A stretch of 64,000 nucleotides of DNA from Octopus vulgaris. Its lineage: Eukaryota. The position numbers were made by a program, and so were the translations under genes. Where the stretch lies: contig OX597826.1 of NCBI GenBank assembly GCA_951406725.2, positions 44,640,001 through 44,704,000 of the forward strand. The letters are read 5' to 3'. Under the pieces are notes generated by a model. It saw only the letters and a program-made list of their open reading frames with translations, did not search any database and was not told where the DNA came from. This document shows, in pieces, positions 25,101 through 39,700 of this stretch; position 1 is the stretch's first letter, and each line of letters opens with the position of its first letter.

Positions 25101-25510
25101 GCCATTAATATTTATTTATTTATCTAATTAGTGTGAATAAATGAAATCGAAGGAAATAAAAGGAGAAAACTTCTCAATGTTCAGGAAGAAAACTAAAAAA
25201 AATATAAATGAAAAGGTCAAATTTATTGGCATTTAAAAATGAATCTACAATATACTTCAACAATATTTTATAAATTAAATTCTGTTTCCGATGATAATAT
25301 GGTAGATACATACACATATACATATGCGACCATGCAAACAGAGAATCATAGGTCCATATGTGTGTGAGATGATATATATATAAACTCATATCTAATATAT
25401 ATATATAAGAGAGTTGCTGGATATATATACATCGCACAACGTATGTGAAAAGCAGTAGCAATATTACAGAAAATGGTGAAAACATTATATAGTTATACAA
25501 AGACATGACA

Positions 25511-25551
<41 letters not shown>

Positions 25552-26861
25552 TGTGTGTGTGTGTGTTTATGAGTGTGTATTTAATAAAGTTATTTAACGT
25601 TGCAGCATTTAGAAGCTGAAAATGTTCATGCAAAAAATTGTTAACGATGGCGGATGAGAGATAAGCTTGATATTGTAGAGGTAAAGACAGCGTTACAGTC
25701 AATCACTCTATCAGGCAGTAGAATGATGATGCCTCAGTGATCCTACGCTTCTAGTGTACTTAGTCTTCTAGTGATCCTAGTCTTCCATTCATAGAAACCT
25801 GAAGTGAGTATTGTGGCAAATCCTGTAGGTTTTTTTATATTCAGATTTTTCACCTGGAGAAGGTTTGGGGCGCATTGGCTCGAAAATGTCTTGAGTTTCT
25901 TTGTTTACTTAATAATAGCAATAGCGGATAATGTCTCAATTCAAAGCTCTTCTATATTGATGATAATACTGAACAGTATTTTCTGTTGAAAGTCAATATA
26001 CAAATTGTTGTTTGCAGAGAATTCAAATGATCCTCTTTCGCCGACTATTTGGGTTTCTTTGGCTGTGGCTCTTCGTCTTTAACATCCTTCCTTCCTCTAC
26101 TCTCCTTACAGACCTTTGTCCCTATTACTTCTTCTGTTAGAACTTGTTATCTTTAGGTCCTGTCTATGTCTATATACCAGATTCCATGTCGTATTCTGTG
26201 ACATGTATTTCATCTACCCTCTATTCTATAAGTTGAAAATGTCTCACTTCAATCCTTCAAAATATCATTTTACCTCCACACTGTACAGAAATGTTTTTTG
26301 AGCATTGGCTATGGGTAGTTTTCAGCAATTTCGACGGAACCAATACAAATGAATTATTGCAGACTTAAGGTTGTAGTCTACGATGTTACATAGAGATATT
26401 CTGGTCTTTCAGTATTTTCCATTAGTCTGTAATTGCCTTTCACTTCGGGCCATTCGTAAAATTATTTTCGTCGAATGTGGTTAAATCTTCATTCGTTGTC
26501 TGGGCTGTACAGGCAACATTCAGTTGCAGCAATACACACCTTGCTTTAATATTATTACTGGCTAGTTAGGGCACACCTGAGTGTGTCAAAACTTTGTGGA
26601 ACCTTCACTTCAACAGCAAAAACTTGCAGGAGACCTTCCTGGTATTTATACATAACATAAATGAAATGCAGAAAAAAAAAGTCCTTACTGATTTGCATGT
26701 TAAACAACATTTTGAAATTGTAACAAGGCACTAGTCACCGGTGTTTTTCTCTTTCACGATTGGCAAGTATGCTAACTTACTACGAATATTAACTTTGGTT
26801 ACACTAGTTTATCATATACCAGCTTAACGAGAGCAGATTTAATGGAGTTTCACTACATACA

Positions 26862-26893
<32 letters not shown>

Positions 26894-27039
26894 CTTGTAT
26901 ATACGCATATATGTATAAATGTATATATATATTATATACATACATACACACACAGACAAACATGCATGCACACACAAGCACAAACACACACACACACACA
27001 CACTATTCAACTAGTTTCAGCTTGAATGCTGTGGCCATG

Positions 27040-28260
27040 CAAGGACGCCACCGTTAGATTTGCTATGCTTTGGCATTTGGCCGATGAAAGAAGGTAATGC
27101 AGCATCCCTCCTTTGCGCTTCCTGTCGTGATGTAGGAAGTTTTGAAAGAGATCCAGTTTCATTCTGAAAACACTTATATCCACACCATTCAGGTATCTCA
27201 AGCTTTTAGGGAAGATTTTTAAGAGCTGTAGATATTTGAAACCCGTTCTGCTGTTTGTGTACCTTTTAATGTTAAAAATTTGTGCAAGTCCTTCAACGAT
27301 TGTCCAGGTTTATATCATTGCATATCTGTCTCACCTTCGCTCTAGAAACTAGAGTTTTACGTTTTTCAGCATTTCCCAGAAGCTGACATGCTGCATTAGA
27401 ACGGTCTTCTTTGTGCATCTTCGTTGGATTGCTTTAAAGTTACGCCTTTAATTTTACCCCGTGTGTTTGTCATAGTCGTAAGCAGTAGTCTATAAGGTTG
27501 AAGACATGTACTCGAGAGGTTCATCATGGTTTCCTGTTATCTCGCTGTGGAAGTTCTAAGGATAGATCCGGCCAGTAGTTTGCATTTTATTGACAACTTT
27601 GTAATATGTACCTGGAAAGATGCATCATTACTAATGTCAATGCACAGGTCGCACTCTGATTTCGCTTCATATATTGCAAACCCTCTTGTTCCAGCGTACC
27701 ATTTTAGCATTTAATTCAAATTAGTGTACTGGTGGCGCAGGACTTGGAATTTTCCAGACTACACTGTATATTATTGTCCTCCGTTCACTGTGTATTGCGC
27801 CCAACTCATTTACAAGTGCGCAATATCTCCAGGGTTCTATAAATCCTCTGAGAGACTTTTGTATCATCAGCAGAGCCATCAAGAGTGGCAAACTGCGTAG
27901 ACGATGGGATATCTGAGAGGACCACAATGGATAGCAGTGACTCTAAGACAGCGCCTTGTGGAACACCACTTACTATTTGCGTTTCCTTGGAGCTGGCTCT
28001 ATTGGCCACCAGTGCCAAACCTCTGTCTTTTAGTAGAGGCGTTTAGCCACTCCCCACGTTTTCCAAGTATGTCGATATCACTCAATTTGTGACAGATGCC
28101 ATTGTCAACTGTACCAATGGCTCTTGCAAAGTCGTGATACATTCCGTCCACATTTGAGCTGTTGAGCAGCAAGTCGTAGTGCTGTGAGAGCTGTGTCTAG
28201 TAGATTCTACGAAGTCGAAAACCAAGCTGATCATTCTTTTCAAGGAATGCATTTAAGTTC
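27040..28260 (-). mobile_element. Decayed CR1/Jockey-group LINE (RT and 3' end)
   Basis: SGVPQGAVLESLL..SADDTKV (ORF 27806-28018), an upstream YHDFARA-like motif, and C-terminal LRYLNGVDISVFRMKLDLF. Confidence 0.8.
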
Positions 28261-28629
28261 CTGGGGTCTCTTTATTCTTTGAAGAAGCAGTAGTTTTATA
28301 CAGTTGCATGATTTGAGAAGAATTGCTGGGAAACCATAAGATACAGCAGTAGTGTTTGCGTCTAACTCACTTATTACTATTATTGCCTCTTCTTTATCTC
28401 CTCCTTTTTGATGTAAATAATTCGATGTAATTAATTATTGTAGCCCCTTTAGTCACAGGTGAAGCGGCAAACTACTTTGTTTTGTTCATTTATCTATGTT
28501 CTAAAAATGTTAGTAAAAACATTAAAATTCTTTGTTCAGTATTTTACTTATCATTATTGGAGTTCCAGTAAATGAGCCATCCTTTTGGATGAAGGGTGCT
28601 ATTTTGTAGCGTGCTGAGACTGTTTCTTT

Positions 28630-28795
28630 GTATGTATGTATGTATGTATGTATGTATGTATGTATGTATGTATGTATGCATGCATATATATATATATGTA
28701 TGTATGTATGTATGCATGTATGTATGTATGTATGTATGTATGTATGTATGTATGTATGTATGCATGTATGTATGTATGTATGTATGTATGTATGT
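28630..28795. repeat. (TATG)n microsatellite
   Basis: Read directly from the sequence. Confidence 0.95.
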
Positions 28796-28906
28796 CTTAG
28801 AGCCACTGTTATCCATTGTGGGCCTGTCAGACATATAATATATATATATATGTGTGTATATATATATTATATAAACATATATATATATATATGTGTGTGT
28901 GTGTAT

Positions 28907-29495
28907 GTTGGGTCGGAGGTCAAGGAAATGCTTGAGTGCACGCAGCCCCTCGTGGTGTCAAGAATGAAGAGAAGTTTAGAGGGGCCAGGAGGGAAGGAGA
29001 AAGAGTTGTACAGACGAAGCACGTGGTTGGTGTCATGGATGTGAAGAGAGAGAGAGAGAGAGAGGCCACTGGGTGGGGGTGGGGCAAGGACTGGGTCAAG
29101 ATATTTGGAGATAAGCTCGGTGGTGCAGCTACAGGCGGAGACAATGGGGCGGCCAGGGTTGTTAGGTTTGTGGATTTTGTGGAGGAAGTAAATGGTGGGA
29201 GTGAGGACAATGAGGTCGGAGGCGGTGTGAGAGAGACAGGAGGAAGAGATTAGGTCATGGATAATGGAGGACACAGTCTGTTGGTAGCTGGGCGTGGGGT
29301 CAGAGGACAGCGGGCAGTAGAAGGAGGTGTCTTGAAGTTAGCGGAGAGCTTCGGCCTTATAGAGGTCCGTGCGCCAGACCACCACGGCTCCACCCTTGTC
29401 GGCCGGTTTTATAATGATGTCAGTGCGGCGTCGGAGGGATCGAAGGGCCGAGAGTTCTGCTGGGGAGGTGTTGAGACGACAGGGACGCCTGTGCA
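28907..29495 (-). mobile_element. Penelope-like element RT fragment
   Basis: LRRRTDIIIKPADKGGAVVVW (PLE DKG motif), YFLHKIHKPNNPGRPIVSAC, and HIHDT..LFILD. Bounded by microsatellites. Confidence 0.9.
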
Positions 29496-29962
29496 TGTGT
29501 GATGTATATGTGTGTGTGTATGTCTTCACAGATGAACATATACCTCTGATTTTTTTTCTTTGCTTTATCTCCTTTTCCCGAAGCATCATTATCGGTTTAC
29601 TCCCAGAGATTACTTTCATTTTGTATTGAGTTGATTTTTTTTTGTTTATTGAAACATTATTACAATAAATATGAGCGTTTTATCATCAGACTCATTCAAA
29701 ACCTCACATACACACACACACGCTTTTGTATACATATAGTCACACCTCACCCTCTAGCTACCTATCTATAAATCTGTCTGATTGTCTGTTCGTCCGTCCG
29801 TCTGTCCGTGTGTCTGTCTATCTAACATTTTATCTATGTGTGTGTGAGTTTATTTATTATATATGTGTGTGTGAGTGTGTGTATACATGCGCGTATGTAT
29901 ATGCATGTGTGAGTGTTCTTGGTATGTGTGTGAGAGAGAGAGAGAAAGAGAAACAGAGATAC

Positions 29963-30181
<219 letters not shown>

Positions 30182-30568
30182 GCATGTCTGTTTAAAAGCA
30201 GAGAAAAAGTAACTAACAACATTTAGTCTACAACGAAACCGGAAAAATCACGGCGACAGACAATTGTTTACAACTATCGAAGCATGCCACCATTTTGAAC
30301 CCCTCCACAATACAATACAAAAGAGACCACAGCTTGACTAACTTCACCACAAACTGATCTCATGCTAAGAATTACAAATATCTGAAAGCAGCTTATCGTC
30401 TGCCGACTTTCCCGCTTGGAGGCAAGCTAAGTGTCGTTTGTCATTTCTACTGAACAGATAGTGTACTTTTGAATCTGACAAACATTAGTTGATAGACGAT
30501 CCGACATTTAGCAGTAAGTGGAATGTTGCAGACGTTATGACATTTCAGTTTTCTACACTTACATACAT

Positions 30569-30605
<37 letters not shown>

Positions 30606-30726
30606 CGTCTATACATTGTACATAAACAAGCACACGCACACGCGTACACACACACACACACACACACACATACACACACACACATATATGTCACTGCAAA
30701 TATGTTTTTATGGATATATAATATTG

Positions 30727-30788
<62 letters not shown>

Positions 30789-30853
30789 TGTGTGTGTGTG
30801 TGTGTAGGTGTATATATATATATATAATGTATATATATTATATATATATATAT

Positions 30854-31011
30854 ATATCGGTTAGGTGTTGCCAACAGGAAATAGATCTCAAAACATATAT
30901 TCATAAATATATGTAGACAAGCACACAATATATGTAGACAAACACACATATATAATTGTGTATATATATATATGCATGTATATATAAAGATCTATATAAA
31001 TGTACAATACC

Positions 31012-31098
<87 letters not shown>

Positions 31099-31156
31099 AT
31101 ATATATAATATAAATATCGGTTAGGTGATGCCAACAGGAAATAGATCTCAAAACAT
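30854..31156 (+). repeat. 43-bp direct repeat pair (30854-30896, 31114-31156) inside a (TA)n field
   Basis: ATATCGGTTAGGTG[T/A]TGCCAACAGGAAATAGATCTCAAAACAT, 260 bp apart, 1 mismatch. Confidence 0.9.
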
Positions 31157-31187
31157 GAGTATATGAGTGTGTGTATACGTATAAATG

Positions 31188-31241
<54 letters not shown>

Positions 31242-31260
31242 TATCTATTACATATATATC

Positions 31261-31396
<136 letters not shown>

Positions 31397-31974
31397 CCTC
31401 CGGTGAATGTACAGAGTAACTGAATAATTCAATGCCCAAGGGTTCCGTGCATTGGCATTTATCAAATCCAATTCAAATCAAGGGAATATACATTTATAAA
31501 CCGGTGATAATAGCATTTCATTTTTCTTATGATTTGTTCCCTAAATAATAGAGAGGAGGAAATAATATTATCACAACTATATAAATATATGTTTATAAAT
31601 ATATGTTTATATATGTTTATATATATATATATATATATATATGTGTCTCCGTGTGTCTGTGTGTCTGTGCGTGTTCCTCTGTTTTTGCATGTTTCTTTGT
31701 GTGTGTATATATATACACTCATATGTATACGTATATACTTATTTGCATATGCCTGTACGGGCTTTATAATTGTCTACATTTGTGTGCTTGGTTTTATGTT
31801 TGTAAATGCGTGCGTGTGATTATGAACCCCGTAACCCGACTTGCGATCACACCCATCTCCTAACGTACATGCATTTAATACAAAACACGGATTGTTCAGT
31901 GTAGCAACGAAGTAATACCATACACGTTGGCTGTATCATATCGTGATTGATGAAAGAATTCTGACGTCGACAGG

Positions 31975-33400
31975 AAGAAAATTTAAGTCCGATGATAATG
32001 AATGATCAAGTTGTACCGAAGAATCGTATTTCTCGGGGAACAATGCATTTTTTTGTTATCCTACCACGCACCAGGATATTTTCATGACAAATTATATAGA
32101 CATGGAAATGTTTTCAGCAATGGATCTACATTTGCACACATTAAAACAGTGTTCATTGCTGCTCTCTGAATTTTACATCTGGCATGGAGCAACACGTGAC
32201 GAATGGATTAGAAGCGTTGGTAAAGCGTCATGAGATGAATTACTTTTTAAATATCAAACAAGGATTACAGATAATAAAACATTTTTATGTTTTAAAACTA
32301 AGAGATGTAAACCACAAATAGTTGAAAAGAGAACAAGTAAACGTTACTCTTCCTTAAAGCCAAGCATGGTGGTTGCTTTTACGATTGCAAGAAAATATAA
32401 TTAACTGAACTGTAGTATTAAGCTGAGTCGCCATCCATCCTGTATCCCTTTGGAATCCTGTCTTTGGAATCCCGGCAAAAACAGGCATTTTTGTTCTTTT
32501 TCTGCCTGAAGGAAGAAATGATAATCAGACCATGGTATTTACAGGTCTGCCGAGGCCGGTGACTTAATGCTGTAACCGTATTTCCCAGCGCACAAGTCTT
32601 CATAATATATGGTGTAAATATGCAGGGTAAACCTTCAAACATTGTCACTGTCTTCATATCCTGCTGCATTTCACATGGAACTTTTGGTCCTCCACTTTCG
32701 CCGAGCTGTATAAGTCGACCTATCTGATGTGGCTGTAAAACTTGGTTTGAAAATTACGACTTGTATGCCGGAGAATACGGTAATGTTCCGCTTAAATCAA
32801 CAGAAGGCAATGTTGTAGGAAAGAAGGGAACGCCATAATGGCTGCTACGAGGCTTGGAAATTTACGCAGAACAATTATGACAAAATGAGAAGAGTGGAAT
32901 GGCTCAGAAATATTTGAGCAGAGGATGTAAAAGACTAGCCAACTGCGACGAACAGAGGCCATTACAGTAGCAGTAGAATTACATATAGCGGTGAAAATAC
33001 ACCTCTATGCCTGAGGATGAACTTTCTTTTCATTAGAGATTGTATGCTATATGATCCAGTGGCATTTCTCTGAATGTAGTCCAAAATATATGATTATGTA
33101 ATAGATGTGTCCTAGATACAAGAGCAATACTCCATTAGGAGTTTTATTTGATTGTGCTTTGACTTTTCGAAAGTTCAGAATATAACTTTGTTAATAGTAT
33201 GGATTCTTGTACCCTATTCCAAACAGTTATGACATCGTGTCTGTGTGAAAATTCCCTGGCAATGATTTGGATGAATGCATTACAGGATAAATACATGAGC
33301 TCCATGAATTAACTACTGTATGAAACGTGGACAAATGAATTTCATTTTTCGGCTGCAAAGGAGAGGAATTTATCAACAAAAAATCTCTTCTAATACAGAA
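31975..33400 (+). pseudogene. Putative fossil Maverick/Polinton-type protein-primed DNA polymerase B
   Basis: Colinear degenerate motifs: PGYFHD (32071; cf. KGYFPH), EFYIWH (32168), CLWN (32459; cf. GCFWHG), GR*LNAV (32554; cf. GGRTNA), EEG..YEAWKF (32846; cf. EKGY..YEVWHF), VLFDC (33141; cf. VLYxDTDS), GQMNF (33329; cf. GPKNY), CKG (33354). Many stops and frameshifts. Confidence 0.5.
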
Positions 33401-34649
33401 TTTCTCAGCTCAGTGTAACATAAATATTTTAATTTCGTTAAGTAGAGATATTCTACACTTTCATTAGCTTACAATATGAAGATACTAAATCACAATAATC
33501 TAGAAGGTAAGAATTTAATACTAGACATAGAAAATATTCCTTACACATATCCCTGAGAATGAAACAATCTCAAAATTCTATTGTATTTGAGAATCAGCCC
33601 ATGATTTTCGTTAAGGAAGAGTATCCTCCAAGAAAACAAGTGGGGAATTAGCCTGGAATTCCTAGCACAGATTGAAAACAGGTAACATAGAAAATATTTC
33701 AAATTAAATGTTCTGTAAAACTGCATTGAATTCCGTCTTATGGTCGACGCTGTAAGGCTCAAGTGACTCACGTATAGTAGCATCAGACATCTGAGTTTTC
33801 TACCTGAAACAAGAATTTAGTAATTGCAATTGACACTTATTTTATGTATAACACAGATAATGTATACTTGAAATATTTTAAACTTATACGGTAATATCAA
33901 AAAAGCAAAGAATATGTCAACTCAATGCCATTTTTAAAAAGCACATCTATGTGTAATAATAAATCATCCTCTTTTTTTGCAGAGTATAATCAACCACTAG
34001 CCTGAAGATAATCTACTTTGCTGTCCAGAACCGCCGATTTATCATTCGATCCTTCAGATCCCAGCCGTGAAATATCATTCGCAATCCGCATTTTGATCCA
34101 AACTGATTAAAATATATGTGCGCATCGTGGTCGTCGAAGAATGACGAGAGTGCATTTATCTTGGAAATCTTACTTCATAGTTACCACACACAAACACCCG
34201 TGCACACACATACACACACACACATACATGCCCACACACATATAGTGACCCGAGTTTGTGAAGCTCGAACCTTCAGCGATTCCACCAATCCACCACCCTT
34301 ACGATAAAGTTCAAATATGATGATTACATCAACAAGATTAAATGTAGTTATTCCATATGATCTCCAAAATAGTTATTTATGAAAGTATTCAAGTGCATTT
34401 TCTGCCATATCATAGGCTTGTGTGTGTTTGTGTATGAGTTTCCCTCTGTATGTGTGTAAATGTATATTATGTATAAAAAAAAAACTAAAACAACGTCTGT
34501 TTAACGGAATTGTTTTAAATCGTTCAAGCATTTAAATTTTAATATTTATTGTATTCATATGGCAACAAAATATTGTGAAAATGCTACAACAAAGCAGAAA
34601 CTTCCACTCCTCTCTCTCTGCCATATGCTTTTCTATATGTATACACACG

Positions 34650-34690
<41 letters not shown>

Positions 34691-35086
34691 ACGGGTTCAT
34701 GTGTATGTGTGAGTGTTTGTGTGTATGAGAGAGAGAGAGAGAGAAATAGTGAGAGAAAGATTGTGTGTGCATGGGTGCCTGCTAGTGTATCACTAGATAT
34801 ACTATTTTATTTGGTTCAAATGTAAGCATTATAAATATATCCTCGTCTGTGACATCATTTAATCTCTCACAAAATTGCTTATGTAAACAATATATTTTAA
34901 TATATTGCCTCCAAGTCAAACTTTACTCTTTAAAAAAACACTTTAATGTATCTATCCCACGCATCAATTCATATCATACAGATTTTCGAACAAAAGGGAG
35001 AGTTTCTCAGAGCTAAAAATAGTAGTTAAATCGCCATCAAATCATACCAAATAATTTCTTAATATAATTTTGGATGTAAAAATAAA

Positions 35087-35700
35087 AGGCGGTGAGCTGG
35101 CAGAAACGTTAACACGCCGGGAGAAATGCTTAACCGTATTTCGTCTGTCTTTACGTTCTGAGTTCAAATTCTACCGAGGTCACTTTGCCTTTCATCCTTT
35201 CGGGGTCGATAAATTAAGTACCAGCTGCGTATTGGGGTCGATCTAACTGACAGACCTCCTCCCCACAAAATTTCGGGCTTTGTGCTTAGAGTAGAAAAGA
35301 ATATAATTTTGAATGCAAGGCGGCGAGCTGGCTGAAACGTTAGCACTTCGGATGAAATGCTTAGCGTTATTTCGTCTGCCGTTACGTTCTGAGTTCAAAT
35401 TCCGCCGAGGTCGACTTTGCCTTTAATCCTTTCGGGGTCGATAAATTAAGTTCCAGTTACGCACTGGGGTCGATGTAATCGACTTGATCCGTTTGTCTCT
35501 CCTTGTTTGTCCTCTCAGTGTTTAACCTCTGGCGGGTAGTAAAGGAATAGGTATATCGTCTGTCTTTATGCTCAGAGTTGAAATTCCGCCGAGGTTTACT
35601 TTGCCTTTCATCCTTTCGGGGTCAATAAATTAAGTACCAGTTGCGATTGGCACCCTCCCCCAAAATGTCGGGCCTTGTTCCTAGAGTAGTAAAGAATATA
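35087..35700 (+). mobile_element. Cluster of SINE family B units (monomer 35087-35300, dimer 35318-35695)
   Basis: Three GAGTT(C/G)AAATTC..GCCTTT.ATCCTTTCGGGGTC.ATAAATTAAG blocks, with two GGCGG.GAGCTGGC heads. Confidence 0.9.
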
Positions 35701-35989
35701 ATTTTGGATGCATTATCTTAAAAAATAAAAATCATTCCATCATATGTAAGTAGCCAGACTCCCTACAATATTATACATAATGTAATACATCGTTGCATAA
35801 GGTGTTTTTATGGAAATGTTTAAGCTTTCTTTTCGTTTGTAGTACCCCTATATTGTTCAGCTCAGAATGATGGTGTGATTTTATGCACACTTCTAGTATA
35901 ACCCGCTATTTAATTTTTTAATTGTTTTCGATGAATCAGAATGAAGGTATTGTGCTTAAGACCTCCTCGGGTTCCTTCTGAGACTATTG

Positions 35990-36420
35990 AGATCCTTGGT
36001 AGTTTCATGTTTATCATGGACAACAGTTAGGAAACAGAGGCATGGATAACATGGGAGATGGGAAGAATTCCAGCGTGTTGGTTCCCTACGAATGAAGAAT
36101 TGAGTAAGGTATTTTCTTACTGTGCGTGACGTGGAAGTGGAAATAGATTGAAGTAAAGCGTGACGAGCGTATCCTATAGGTGTGGGTGCAAATGATATTC
36201 AACCAAATAGTTTCGAGAGGCAGATAATATTCTTATTACGGAAGAGTAAGGAAACAGTGTATGAGTGAGTTAGAACCTGAAGTGTACTTGTGAGTTACTC
36301 CGAACCAATCCGTCCTGTGTTATTTTTGGTGGTGGGTGAAATCTGACATGGTGATATAGAATCTACAGCAGTACCACCAAAGTCATGAAGGCTGAATTTT
36401 ATTGTGCCTCATTTCAGATA
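35990..36420 (-). mobile_element. Very old CR1/L2-like LINE 3' fragment
   Basis: Minus strand NSSF...WNS resembles the SFFxRxxxxWNxLP C-terminal motif. Confidence 0.35.
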
Positions 36421-38049
36421 GATAAAGAGTCGTCAACTGCTAGCTGCTGAAGTATTTTAGACCCTAAAGAAAACAGTTTGTCTTTGAGAGTTTTTGCTAT
36501 GCGAAATTCTAAGCTTTTTAATCCTACAATTTGTACTGAATTTGATGGTGCATGGTGGCGTACTATATTGAAGAATACATCTTTCTTATCATCCGTCCTC
36601 ATGATCCTTCTATAACTTTATTTATTACCACAACGATAAACACTAATCCTTAGAAAATGATGTAATGCATTTCTCACCCAGTCAAGCTTATTATTTGCTT
36701 TGGCTTTATTTCTTTCAAGGAGTATTTTGTTTTGTTTCTTATCTAAACATCGCACTGAATTTTACGTGTTGATGTTTATAATGAATCCACCATTTTCTAA
36801 TATGTCACCGATGTACACCAATCTCAAATATAACCGTATATTTACACTGTTGAGTAATACTTGATTAGCACACTTTCATTCTCACTACTAATTGATCGTA
36901 AACTTAGACCTAACATATAATGCAACAGTATTCCAAAATGCTTCCATTCGTGTTACAGAGCACATACTAAGAAATCACTCTAGATTGCCATTAAGTGGGA
37001 TAAGCACAGACATCCGTTCCTCTAATATATTAATGACTGAATATTTTGGACATTATTGAAGAATTGATTCTTATTTACAGCTACCCATTATTTAATATGT
37101 CTATTTGCATTTCAAAATGATATTTGAAGACTGCATATTTTCTAGGTCAAAATACTCTCAACAGTGAAACAAAATATAATGAATTGTAAAGCTAAGAATA
37201 AACCACAAAATATAATATAGAAGCTGTATATAGATTAGATCATTTCATAGTATCAATATTTATTAGAATTAATAAGTACTTTTATGGCTGTGTTAGTGCA
37301 AGTATGTGCTTGTATATAGGTGTTATAAATCAATCAATATTTTTTATTTTTAGGAGTAGAAGAAAAAATATAGATCGAAGGAAAAACAAGTAAGGCGCAT
37401 AACTAGTAGCAGTTCAGTTGATGTCAATTGCTTTTTATTAGAGTGTACAAGTCTTTCACAACGCTGCTGTACATTCTATATGGGCTCACTCGTCCTCTCA
37501 CCCACAATTGCGCTATCCCTTTACTCAGTATTTTCGTCTGTAGAGAATATTGCATCGAAGCTATTTCTTTTAGTATTATCTCAACTCAAACGTACATGAT
37601 GTTCTCGTTTTTCTTTCAGATGCTGTTGTTGCTTATTGTAGCATTTACTAATGTTTATCTTGGTGTTCGGATAAACGACATTCACAGTTTTGGTTATGTA
37701 AGGGATGTAATGCGTTGGCCATGTCATAACAACTACTCTACATGCATGTGCGTAGTTGTTCGCTTAAAGGTGATCTAAATAAGTGGGCTCTTAGTTTCCA
37801 TTTCGGAGTTTTTATTCAGAGTAAAATTCAGACTCGACGGGAATAAAGAGATAGAGGAAGACCCAATATGGTGCGTAGTCTATGAACTCAATAGATTTAT
37901 CCGAAATTGATCACAAGCACAGCAATATTACTTTAGATTGATAACATTCCCAGAATCTCCAGTTTTGGAACCAGTATAAATTCATACATGTTTATACATA
38001 CATGCGTATACATATATGAGACATTTCGGCAATATTAAGTATTCATGAT

Positions 38050-38833
38050 CTTAATAGTCATATATTCACTTCTGGCTTCTTTAATTCCTAAACGTACAAT
38101 GTTATATTTAGGTTTGTATCGTTTGGAGCTGTTATTTATTGGAATGGTTGACTACAACGTCATTAGCAAATACAATTCGGATGAGATTTTATAGAGACCG
38201 ATTCTACCCCCGACAGGTTTCGAAAGTTTTCAAACATAATCTATTAGTATGTTGAATAAGTGAAGCGCCTGTGTGTATCCTTTGTTACACAGGAGGTCAT
38301 GTTTCTATTATATGCCATGAGACAAGATTTTCATATTGAATTTCTACTAAGACAATCTTCTTAGAAATGTATTTTAATCATAGTATTTTTGGAATACAGC
38401 GCATTTTTTTTTATTTCTCCTTTGCTTTCAATACAAGGAGAAGATGCAGCGCCCGCAACCTTTTAAATGGATGAAATCATTGAGGTTAATGTCTACTGTG
38501 ATCTTCTGTAAGTTAATGTCAACAGGTAAAACCTAGTCTAATGTGCTGATTGCAGAACGGTGTGGATGTCGACTGAAAAATTTAGCAAAGTGTTTTGTGC
38601 TTGGTTTCTGTCGCATTCACAAGAGAAGGCGATGCTTAGGTAGAACTAGTAGGCAGCTTTCTTGTTCAGAGTAACAAAAGGTGTTTAAGTAGTGATAGGT
38701 GAGGCAAAATTAAAAACAAGAGTACAGATCTTGTAGTGGATAAAACCTGTTGTTTTATTGTATTGCCCATTTTGAATGCAGTTAGTAATGGTCGGGTGCT
38801 ACTAGAAATTGTTAAACATTACATGAGCTGACA

Positions 38834-38867
<34 letters not shown>

Positions 38868-39700
38868 ATGTGTGTGTATGTGTGTGTGTGTGTGTGTATG
38901 TGTGTGTGTATGTGTGTGTGTGTAGATGGTTGAAAAGGAACACGCGAGTTGATATATATATGGAAAAAAGTCAAGGTAGAAAATGCTAGAATAATTTTTC
39001 TAAGAAACATTTCAGTACCGGATTTGGTCATTGAGATGTTTTATGTGTGTTATAGTATTAGCAATAATTTCTATTTGGGAGGTGTTCATCAGGAATCATA
39101 ATAAATGACAAGACCTGACGTTTGTGACGACTTTGTTAATGTGTAACGTAAAGGTTTTTGAACGTCACGTCAATAATTTGTAGTGATAGTAACTGATGGA
39201 TATTTATATTTTTATTAATGTGATAGGAGGTAAAAAGTTGAGCTCATGACCATCACAATATCTCTGAGTCTACTGTGATCTATGTTCGATGTGTTGAAAT
39301 TACGTGTTGGTGTAGCAGTGTGTCCTTGTGTTCGTTAATATATAACGATGGAGAGAGGTGGAGAGGTAACTAAAATAAATTTAGACCAGAAGAATATAGG
39401 CTGTAGTATAAATACAGTTAGGTCAGCGTACGCTGCTATCCTTGTGGTCATCTGAGTGAAAAGTTCCGATCTCAAAGATCAGAAACGGTGCTGATCAAAG
39501 TAAGATAACTAGTAAAGAGTGCCCCATGAACATGAGAAGCAGACTCTGGATGAAATAAAATGTAGACTTGATCTTGGATTATAGAAATGGATGAAATATA
39601 GTGAATTAGTATTTTTTCCTCAGAAGAGAACACATGAGATTTGTGTGATGTGTGAAAGTCAAGAAATATAAGGCCGAGGGGCGATCTTCTTAATTCAATT
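38050..39700 (-). mobile_element. Highly decayed Penelope-like element (RT then GIY-YIG), interrupted by (TG)n
   Basis: Colinear remnants MGHSL (~39525; cf. MGSPL), PIFFWSKFI (~39390; cf. FWxRYVDD), LNFL (~39235), and SKRYKP..LGIKE (~38100). Confidence 0.35.

Noticed and set aside
25690-26560. Purine-rich minus-strand stretch, possible LINE ORF remnant
   Set aside because: No diagnostic motif recognised.
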